A stretch of 64,000 bases of DNA from Candidatus Margulisiibacteriota bacterium (lineage in GTDB: Bacteria > Margulisbacteria > WOR-1 > O2-12-FULL-45-9). Of this stretch, positions 56,871 to 64,000 are shown piece after piece. The notes under the pieces are model-generated. The model did not search any database and was not told the DNA's origin. It was given only the letters and a program-made list of their open reading frames with translations. Made by a program: the position numbers and the translations under genes. The DNA lies in assembly GCA_043816785.1 (NCBI GenBank), contig JBDRHP010000011.1, positions 34,833 through 98,832 on the forward strand, in the 5' to 3' direction. How positions within the stretch are numbered: position 1 is the first letter of the stretch; each line of letters starts with the position of its first letter.

Positions 56871-58375
56871 TGCTTGAACAAAGAGGCAGCGGCGTTCTTT
56901 TACATATCACTTCATTGCCATCACCTTATGGCATTGGTGATTTGGGGCCGGCCGCCTTTGGTTTTGCTGATTGCCTCGCAGCTGCCGGCCAGTCTTACTG
57001 GCAGGTCTTGCCGCTTAACCCCACGGATATGGCCTGCGGCAATTCGCCCTACAGCAGCAATTCGGCCTTTGCCGGTAATATCTTGTTGATCAGCCCGCAG
57101 CAGCTGCTGGAAGATGGTTTTCTGTTCAAAGATGATCTTAAAGATGCGCCTCATTTTCCGAAAGAACGCTGCGATTATGACACGGTCATTCCCCACAAGA
57201 TCAAATTGCTTGACCGCGCTTATCATAATTTTAAACAGGGCAAAAAAGAACGCCGGGAATTTGAAGGTTTTTGTTCGCTCAATTCCTACTGGCTGGAAGA
57301 CTTTGCCATGTTTGTGGCCTTAAAGGTCCGGCGTTTCAACTGGGCGGCCTGGGATAAATGGGACAGCCCCCTGCGCGACCGCCAGCCAGGCGCGTTGGAA
57401 GAGGTCCGGCGAGAATATCACGAAGCAATTGAACGTGAAAAGTTTTTCCAGTATCTTTTTTACAAGCAATGGCATGCCCTCAGGCAATATTGCAACGGCA
57501 AAGGGATCAAGCTGATCGGAGATATCCCTATTTATGTTTCATACGACAGCGCGGATGTCTGGGAGCACAGCCATATTTTTAAACTGGATGAGAACAAGCA
57601 GCCGGCCTATGCGGCGGGTGTTCCGCCGGATTATTTCAGCCAGACCGGGCAGCTTTGGGGAAACCCGGTTTACCGCTGGGACGAGCTGAAGAACCGGGGG
57701 TATTATTGGTGGTTGCAACGGCTGGAGCACAACCTCAGCCTTTTTGATATTGTCCGGATTGACCATTTCCGGGGGTTTGTCGGCTACTGGGAAGTGCCGG
57801 CAGGCGAAGCAACCGCAGTCAACGGCAAGTGGGTTAAAGCGCCGGCAAAGGATTTCTTTTGTGCCATGACTAAAAAGTTTCCGGATCTGCCTTTGATTGC
57901 TGAAGACCTGGGCATTATTACTGATGATGTCAAAGAGATAATGCAGCAGTTTGGTTTTCCGGGCATGAAAATTCTTTTGTTTGCCTTTGGGGAGGACTTG
58001 AAAAAACATCCGTATCTGCCGCACAATTATGTTGAGAACTGCGTGGTCTATACCGGCACGCATGACAACAACACGGCCAAAGGCTGGTACGAAGAGGAAG
58101 CCTCGGCCCATGAAATAAAGAACCTGGCCGAATACCTGGGCCATCAAGAGAACAGCCGGACGGTCAATTGGGACCTGATCAAGCTGGCGCTTTTGTCCAA
58201 GGCCAGGATTTCGATCTTCCCATTGCAGGATATCCTGGGTTTGGGCAATGAGGCCAGGATGAATGTCCCCTCCAAAGCCCATGGCAACTGGCAGTGGCGG
58301 TTTTTAGAGCAGCAGCTGGATCCTGCGACCATTGGCTCTCTTAAGCAATTAACCGTAAAGTCCAAGCGGGCTTGA
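56870..58375 (+). CDS. malQ: 4-alpha-glucanotransferase (GH77, amylomaltase)
   Basis: GSGVLLHITSLPSPYGIGDLG, RIDHFRGF, and AEDLG...YTGTHDN. The start ATG overlaps the treY stop (TAATG). Confidence 0.85.
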   Translation: MLEQRGSGVLLHITSLPSPYGIGDLGPAAFGFADCLAAAGQSYWQVLPLNPTDMACGNSPYSSNSAFAGNILLISPQQLLEDGFLFKDDLKDAPHFPKERCDYDTVIPHKIKLLDRAYHNFKQGKKERREFEGFCSLNSYWLEDFAMFVALKVRRFNWAAWDKWDSPLRDRQPGALEEVRREYHEAIEREKFFQYLFYKQWHALRQYCNGKGIKLIGDIPIYVSYDSADVWEHSHIFKLDENKQPAYAAGVPPDYFSQTGQLWGNPVYRWDELKNRGYYWWLQRLEHNLSLFDIVRIDHFRGFVGYWEVPAGEATAVNGKWVKAPAKDFFCAMTKKFPDLPLIAEDLGIITDDVKEIMQQFGFPGMKILLFAFGEDLKKHPYLPHNYVENCVVYTGTHDNNTAKGWYEEEASAHEIKNLAEYLGHQENSRTVNWDLIKLALLSKARISIFPLQDILGLGNEARMNVPSKAHGNWQWRFLEQQLDPATIGSLKQLTVKSKRA

Positions 58376-59116
58376 ATGAAGAAAAGATTGGATCAATTAC
58401 TGTTGGAACGAGGCCTTTTTCCCTCTCGCACCCGCGCCCAGGCCGCCATCATGGAGGGATTGGTCTATGTTGCCGGCCAAAAGGTTGAAAAATCCGGCTA
58501 CCTTTTTCCTCCCGATATTGAGATCGAGGTCAGGGGCGAGCTGCATCCTTATGTTAGCCGCGGGGGAGTGAAGCTTGACAGCGCGCTAGCCGAATTTAAA
58601 ATAAATGTCAAAGGGAAAACAGCCCTTGATGTCGGGGCTTCAACCGGCGGGTTCACGGATTGTTTGCTGCAGCATGGCGCAGCTAAAGTTTACGCCGTGG
58701 ATGTTGGCTATGGGCAGTTGGCCTGGAAGCTGCGCCAGGACCCAAGGGTCGTGGCTGTTGAGCGGAAAAACGCTAGATTTTTAACATTAAAAGACCTGGG
58801 GCTTAAGGTTTCAGACATCGGGCTGGCAACAATTGATGTCTCATTTATTTCTCTTTCAAAAATTCTGCCGGCAATCTATGATTTACTAACTGACCAGGCA
58901 GAGATCGTAGCCTTGATCAAACCGCAGTTTGAAGCAAAGAGGGGGGATGTAGGCAAGGGGGGGATAGTTCGGAGCGAAGGAGTTCGAAGTTCGGTCGTAG
59001 AAAAAGTTAAGGCAGAAGCAAAGGCCCTAGGCCTTGAGGCCAAAGGGGTTATTCAATCCCCAATCACTGGCGCGGATGGCAATGTTGAGTTCTTAATCCA
59101 TCTTACTAAGGGATAA
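58376..59116 (+). CDS. tlyA: TlyA-family rRNA 2'-O-methyltransferase (hemolysin A-like)
   Basis: The S4 domain is RLDQLLLERGLFPSRTRAQAAIMEG. The FtsJ-like SAM site is LDVGASTGGFTDCLLQHGA. Confidence 0.8.
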   Translation: MKKRLDQLLLERGLFPSRTRAQAAIMEGLVYVAGQKVEKSGYLFPPDIEIEVRGELHPYVSRGGVKLDSALAEFKINVKGKTALDVGASTGGFTDCLLQHGAAKVYAVDVGYGQLAWKLRQDPRVVAVERKNARFLTLKDLGLKVSDIGLATIDVSFISLSKILPAIYDLLTDQAEIVALIKPQFEAKRGDVGKGGIVRSEGVRSSVVEKVKAEAKALGLEAKGVIQSPITGADGNVEFLIHLTKG

Positions 59117-61100
59117 TTGGCAACTCTATCCCTGACGGATATTTTGCGTCGTGATACACCGTAATATAGGGCTGGATGTTGGCTGGGTCTTTTGGATCAT
59201 TCTTTGGCGACAGCTTCGGATTTAACTCAAAAGTTGGCCAATCTGCGCTGGCAATTGATACCCGAATCTTATGCCCCTTCTTAATTACCCACGAAGTTGG
59301 TTGGAGGTCGATGATCATTTTTATGATTTTGTTGTCTTTAAAGACTTTCTCTGTATAATCTGCTCTTTTAAAACCGTAGTAGGGGAGGTCAGGTAGAACA
59401 TTTATGCCTTTGCCAGACAGTAAAATGTCTTCATTTGGTCTTAAAATATTAAAACCAGCCCGAAGCTGCCCGTCTGTGATGTAGAGCGCCTCTCCTTTTT
59501 CATCTACATCTTCAAGATAAACATAAACGTCGCCATAATCAGCTGTGGAAGAAAGATAAAGTGTGGCAATGGGGTGGCCGGTTGTTTCTGTGTCTTTAGT
59601 AAGTGGCGCAGACGTAAAAGTAATACATTTTTGGTCTGCTTCGGTCCTTACTATAATGGTATTTGGATTTAAGCCGGGATTCCAACGGCTGCCTTTATTA
59701 GTGCCAAAAGCGGCGGAGGCGGTTAAATCACCTTTAAATTCTGTTTTGCCGGTTGATTGCTGGGTTGCAAGTGTTTGGCCCTGGCCCAAATAATAATCGG
59801 TTATGACTTGGCGTTTAAGCGGCCACTCCCTTTCCTCGCGCCATTCATTTTTGTTCATAACGTAAATACGGATGGGCGGATCATTTTCAAAGCCGTTTTC
59901 AACGCCTTTTAAATAACGGTCAAAAAAACGCAAACCCTCGTTAAACCGCCATTCCCGATATTTTTTCAGGTCTATTTTAAAATAATCCCAATAGGGCCCG
60001 CTGCTTTCCGCATGATAAGAGGGGTGGATTAAGATTTTGCATGGATTTGTTTGACGAAGAGTATCAAACCACTGAAAAGTTCCGCGGGTAAAAAGATCAA
60101 ACCAGCCGCCTACTATATAAACCGGGATGCCTGATTTAGAAATTGTGACTGGCCAATTATTAGGCCCTTTGGCTGCCATGGAACAGCCGGCAACAATGTC
60201 ATCCCGAAAGTTGATCTTTCCCCACTCTCCCATGGTAAGGTTTGCCTTGTGTGCTGCCGTGGCTTGGTAATAAACATTATCTTTACGCTTTTTTCCATCG
60301 CGATATTTTGGAGGATAATCGTCATCTAGAAAAGTGCCGCTTTTATTGACATCCACAGGAATTTCGTCTGCCAGCTCTCCATCCCCATCTTCGTCAACCA
60401 CGGGTAGAGTCGGCCAAATTTTTGCATCAGGGATTTCAGAATCAGGGACAAAAGAATTTGCGTCGATTTGCTCAAATAATTCACCCAAGCCATCTATGGT
60501 TCCTCTATTTTTGATCCCTCCCGCAAAGAAGGCGTCGTTATATAAATCAAAGGCAATGATTTCAGGCATAATACATTTTAAGGCCTTAGGCTTATGTCCG
60601 GCTGTGGCATATTGTGACCAGCCGACATAAGATCCGCCGATCATGCCGATATTGCCATTGCACCAGGGTTGGGCTGCAATCCATTCAACGGCTTCTTTTC
60701 CATCCTGCCCAAGCTGAGGAGACATGCCTAGGCGATTACCAAAGGAAGCGCCTGCTCCGCGCATATCAGTAATGACAAAAGCATAGCCATTTTTAATATA
60801 TTTTTTTACGCTTTCTTCCTGGTTAAGGAAAAACTCCATTTTGCCGGTGTCGGGATTAATGTTGTAGCGGTGATAGGGCAGGTACTGGAAGATAACCGGG
60901 CGTGCTTTATCTGATTTAGCAGGAAGAATTACGGTTGCAGCAAGCCTTACCCCGTCACTCATGGGAATAAAAGCTTGTTCAACTCTATATTCATTTGAAG
61001 GGAACTGGTCGTTGGCTTGGCTTTTGCTAATGTTGTAGCCGACAAAAAATATTGCGGCTAAGGTTATTAATGATGTGGCGAATATTATTTTGTTTCTCAA
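59106..61100 (-). CDS. CocE/NonD family alpha/beta hydrolase (X-Pro dipeptidyl-peptidase S15-like)
   Basis: VIFQYLPYHRY, DMRGAGASFG and the catalytic GSYVG nucleophile elbow are present, with a C-terminal beta-sandwich. N-terminal TM/signal. Confidence 0.7.
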   Translation of the reverse strand: MRNKIIFATSLITLAAIFFVGYNISKSQANDQFPSNEYRVEQAFIPMSDGVRLAATVILPAKSDKARPVIFQYLPYHRYNINPDTGKMEFFLNQEESVKKYIKNGYAFVITDMRGAGASFGNRLGMSPQLGQDGKEAVEWIAAQPWCNGNIGMIGGSYVGWSQYATAGHKPKALKCIMPEIIAFDLYNDAFFAGGIKNRGTIDGLGELFEQIDANSFVPDSEIPDAKIWPTLPVVDEDGDGELADEIPVDVNKSGTFLDDDYPPKYRDGKKRKDNVYYQATAAHKANLTMGEWGKINFRDDIVAGCSMAAKGPNNWPVTISKSGIPVYIVGGWFDLFTRGTFQWFDTLRQTNPCKILIHPSYHAESSGPYWDYFKIDLKKYREWRFNEGLRFFDRYLKGVENGFENDPPIRIYVMNKNEWREEREWPLKRQVITDYYLGQGQTLATQQSTGKTEFKGDLTASAAFGTNKGSRWNPGLNPNTIIVRTEADQKCITFTSAPLTKDTETTGHPIATLYLSSTADYGDVYVYLEDVDEKGEALYITDGQLRAGFNILRPNEDILLSGKGINVLPDLPYYGFKRADYTEKVFKDNKIIKMIIDLQPTSWVIKKGHKIRVSIASADWPTFELNPKLSPKNDPKDPANIQPYITVYHDAKYPSGIELPIIP

Positions 61101-61101
61101 G

Positions 61102-62160
61102 CTAATCCCGTCTTAAGGGATGATGCGCGCAGCGGAAGGCGCCTTCCCAGGCAGAAACCGCGTCAAAAGGAATAAGCAGCACTTCTTGCCCCCTCTTTCT
61201 AACTTCTGCGGCAATGCGCTGATGTTGTTGGTCCATGATAGCTGTTTTTTTATCAAGCACAAGGGCATTAGTAGCTAGTCTTCTGGCTTCTTCCTCAGTT
61301 ACTTCAACCCAGTCAAAGTTTTTAAGTGAATTAGGCAAGTCTCCTATAATCCGATCCCTACATATTATTCCCAACCCAGGTCGAAGCAATGCCATGGCGC
61401 AATCCAGGTGCAAAACATCTGGTTTTAACTGAATAGTATGGACTTGGTATTGAGGGCCTAAATACTGTTTTAACCATTCAATGCCGGCTTGGTTGGTTGC
61501 CCGGCCGGAATATCCAACATATATTTCGTAGCCATTAAGCAGAACATCTCCGCCTTCAATAAATGGGTCAGGGTCATTGTCCTCGGGCATTCTGGGTGAG
61601 GCCGGCGGCATAGAAACATACTTGGCCTGGCTGTTCTTTACAGCATCCAGCAATATTGATCTGATGGCAAATTTTTCTTTTCTTCTGAACACACCTTGCA
61701 AGGCTGTTTCAATAACATTATTCCCAATAACCAAAACAGGATCCCTGGGAAAGAGCGATCCGCCGCCTTTTTGAATGTACGACAAATAATTTATTTCGTC
61801 AGGAGTAAAAAGGCGAGGCCGGTGGACAATAATGCCCCTGTTTTCTAAGAGCTTGGCCAGTCCATCGAACTGAGAAACAATCTTTTGTGAGGTTTCAGGA
61901 TCGATTTCTGATAATCTTTTGCCTGCGTATTTTTTGATCAAGGCTTTGGTTTGCGCCGGGACTTCCACCTTCTCAATCTGGTCTGACCAGCTGGGAATAA
62001 TAATATCTTCTCCCCGGCCAACAATTACTTCTTTTAGTGTTCCCCATTCATGGTGAACGGAGACATTTTTTTCTTGAGGCAGAAGCATTTTGTTGTAAAA
62101 ATAAAGCCCAAAAAGAGCAATGATTATGATTAGCAAGACAGCGAAAAGTATTCGTTTCAT
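61102..62160 (-). CDS. amidinotransferase/DDAH-superfamily protein with N-terminal membrane anchor
   Basis: HLDCAM and the C-terminal FRCAHHPL resemble the His and Cys catalytic regions of the amidinotransferase/arginine deiminase fold. Low certainty. Confidence 0.45.
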   Translation of the reverse strand: MKRILFAVLLIIIIALFGLYFYNKMLLPQEKNVSVHHEWGTLKEVIVGRGEDIIIPSWSDQIEKVEVPAQTKALIKKYAGKRLSEIDPETSQKIVSQFDGLAKLLENRGIIVHRPRLFTPDEINYLSYIQKGGGSLFPRDPVLVIGNNVIETALQGVFRRKEKFAIRSILLDAVKNSQAKYVSMPPASPRMPEDNDPDPFIEGGDVLLNGYEIYVGYSGRATNQAGIEWLKQYLGPQYQVHTIQLKPDVLHLDCAMALLRPGLGIICRDRIIGDLPNSLKNFDWVEVTEEEARRLATNALVLDKKTAIMDQQHQRIAAEVRKRGQEVLLIPFDAVSAWEGAFRCAHHPLRRD

Positions 62161-62215
62161 GTTAGCCCCCCTTTGTTTGCCATACTTCCTGCGCTATTAT
62201 ATAATCATTCAAGAG

Positions 62216-62752
62216 ATGAATTCAACGATCCTTTTATCAATTTTAATCGGCGTAGTAATCGGACTGCTTTTGTTCTTCTTGCTGGGTAAAATATGGGGCC
62301 GGTCCGGAAAGACCGCTGAGGGCGAGGTCTCAAGATTCTCAGAAAAAGAAGCCGAAAGCCTGCTGAGACGGGCGGGTTTTCAGATCCTTGGCAAAAAGCG
62401 CAGGGAAACCGTTATTACCGTTATTGACGGCAAGGATCATTTTGGCTATCTTGAGGCAGATTATATTGTCAGGAAGAATCGGCGCAAATATGCGGTGGCT
62501 GTTCATATTGGTGAAGGCAGCCCAGATCCTAACGAGCCGTCCCTGCGGCGCCGGTTGTTGGAATATGACCGGGGTTTTGCTCTTGATGGCCAGCTGGTCC
62601 TGGATCTAAATCGCGGTGAAATTCACACGGTCCGCTTTAAATTCCCCAGGGAATGGAATATTGATGCTTTCTTTCGTTTACTGATCGCCGTATTTATTAT
62701 CTTTCTGGTAATTGGTATAATCTGGGTATTAGTAACGCTTAAGTTGTTTTAA
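62216..62752 (+). CDS. hypothetical membrane protein (N- and C-terminal TM helices)
   Basis: MNSTILLSILIGVVIGLLLFFLL...IAVFIIFLVIGIIWVLV. TATAAT at 62200-62205 lies 10 nt upstream. Confidence 0.45.
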   Translation: MNSTILLSILIGVVIGLLLFFLLGKIWGRSGKTAEGEVSRFSEKEAESLLRRAGFQILGKKRRETVITVIDGKDHFGYLEADYIVRKNRRKYAVAVHIGEGSPDPNEPSLRRRLLEYDRGFALDGQLVLDLNRGEIHTVRFKFPREWNIDAFFRLLIAVFIIFLVIGIIWVLVTLKLF

Positions 62753-62763
62753 AGGAGGCTGCC

Positions 62764-63525
62764 ATGACAACAATTGGAGTAATTTTTAAGCAGGAAGACC
62801 GGTTGATCGCGGGAACCGCGCAGCAGGTTATCAAAGAATTAAAAAAGATGGGGTATCGGGTTAATCTAGCCCGAGCCAAATTCGCGGTCGTACTAGGCGG
62901 CGACGGCACAATCTTGCGGGCTGCCAGGCTTTTAGCCAAAAGTAAAACACCAATCTTGGGTGTGCACATGGGCGGGCTGGGTTTTTCCTCTGAAGTTGAG
63001 CTTCATGAGCTAACCGATGCACTAGAGCAGATCAAAAAAGGCAAGTTTACAATTGACGAGCGGACAATGATCGAAGCGCTGGTGGCCGGACGGAAATTAA
63101 TCGCTCTAAATGATATTGTTATCAGCAATAGCGGGATTGCCCGTGTTATCAGATTAGAGATCAAGGGTCTGGCCGAATATATTTCTGATGGGGTGATCTT
63201 TTCAACTGCTACTGGTTCCACTGCCTACAATCTCTCGGCCGGGGGGCCGATCTTGACCCCGGATTCAAAAAGTCTTGTCATAACAGCTATTTGTCAGCAT
63301 AGTATATCAACCAGACCGATCGTGATTGAGCGACCAGTCACCGCTGTCTTAAATCGGGGCAAAAAAGCCATCCTGACCGCTGATGGTCAGCAGTTAGTCC
63401 TCCTACATGAAAGGCAGAAGATCATGATTCAGAGATCAAAGCTAACAACGCGGTTTATTCGTCTAGGAGAATATGATTTTTTTACAAGGGTAAAAGAGGC
63501 CTTCGGATTTGGCAGCCGGCTCTAG
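62764..63525 (+). CDS. nadK: NAD+ kinase
   Basis: FAVVLGGDGTILRAAR (GGDGT) and NDIVI...DGVIFSTATGSTAYNLSAGGP motifs. Confidence 0.85.
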   Translation: MTTIGVIFKQEDRLIAGTAQQVIKELKKMGYRVNLARAKFAVVLGGDGTILRAARLLAKSKTPILGVHMGGLGFSSEVELHELTDALEQIKKGKFTIDERTMIEALVAGRKLIALNDIVISNSGIARVIRLEIKGLAEYISDGVIFSTATGSTAYNLSAGGPILTPDSKSLVITAICQHSISTRPIVIERPVTAVLNRGKKAILTADGQQLVLLHERQKIMIQRSKLTTRFIRLGEYDFFTRVKEAFGFGSRL

Positions 63526-63740
63526 TTATTGAAAGCGCCGCTGTTAAGCGAGGTTATTTTGGACAGGTCGTCCACCAGCAAAAGGTGCTTTGGCTCAGAT
63601 AAGTTTGGAGCGCCAGTTTGGGAAAAACAAGGAAAGAGCGTGACTTTGTGGAGCTCGGCGGAGACCAATTTTTCCAAATACTTGTGAAAAGCATATTTCC
63701 CGATGGCCTTCATTAATTTTGTATTATCCATTGTGTTCAT
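63522..63740 (-). CDS. small hypothetical protein (about 72 aa)
   Basis: An in-frame ATG is preceded by AAGGAG at 8 nt spacing. No recognisable domain. Confidence 0.3.
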   Translation of the reverse strand: MNTMDNTKLMKAIGKYAFHKYLEKLVSAELHKVTLFPCFSQTGAPNLSEPKHLLLVDDLSKITSLNSGAFNN

Positions 63741-63752
63741 GATCAATACTCC

Positions 63753-63944
63753 TTAGAAATACGCCTTATGCCCGGTCTTGTTTCTGAACATATTTGCGAA
63801 AACGCTAATGAATTGGCCGGAAGATTCGATCCTTGATTTTTCAATGTGCAGGGCGTCTTGGACAAAGGTGGCTCGTTTCTCTTGGCCAGGGCGAGAGATT
63901 AACGCTACATCGTAATTTCTTTTATCAACTGGTTGCTGTGTCAT
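63753..63944 (-). CDS. small hypothetical protein (63 aa)
   Basis: An ATG is preceded by a GAGG SD. Adjacent to the previous small ORF. Confidence 0.3.
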   Translation of the reverse strand: MTQQPVDKRNYDVALISRPGQEKRATFVQDALHIEKSRIESSGQFISVFANMFRNKTGHKAYF

Positions 63945-64000
63945 TGTCTTTTCCTCTCATATATATATCGACAGTTTTTGTGAATAATTTCACTTTATTT

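Noticed and set aside
57539-58282. 247 aa ORF on the minus strand
   Set aside because: It is antisense within malQ, which carries clear GH77 motifs in the sense frame.

Overview
This 64 kb window looks like a bacterial chromosomal segment from a diderm organism: it has SLH-anchored outer-membrane proteins and a secretin, and many genes start right after a -10 box. Most of the window is housekeeping. The yceD-rpmF-plsX-fabH cluster, xerC/D, metK, smc, clpC, ilvE, radA, leuC, rnc, pyrC, hisB, ruvB, slt, nadK and tlyA are all recognisable from protein motifs. Coordinates 43.5-58.4 kb hold a tightly packed plus-strand glycogen and trehalose locus. It contains glgB, an NDP-sugar pyrophosphorylase fused to a phosphoglucomutase-like domain where GlgC would normally sit, glgA, treZ, a GH57 enzyme, treY and malQ. 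The accessory content is where the unusual features sit. A roughly 105 nt highly structured intergenic repeat family occurs in three copies, and one module within it can be drawn as a cloverleaf. An 896 aa secreted protein is built from about 16 tandem 52 aa repeats and is translationally coupled to a short, hinge-less SMC-like ATPase. Three uncharacterised proteins form an operon beside a divergent LacI regulator and a NagB-like gene. An SLH-protein, outer-membrane-protein, Ig-like-protein and histidine-kinase cluster has its second gene opening with a perfect (AAATGTC)x4 heptanucleotide repeat that carries an ATG in every unit. There is a class II Fic protein followed by an 11-mer x3 tandem repeat, and an orphan PilP-like lipoprotein with a secretin. 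No rRNA, tRNA, CRISPR array or obvious transposase was detected by eye. All calls rest on reading the six-frame ORF track and the motifs I recognise, with no database search run.
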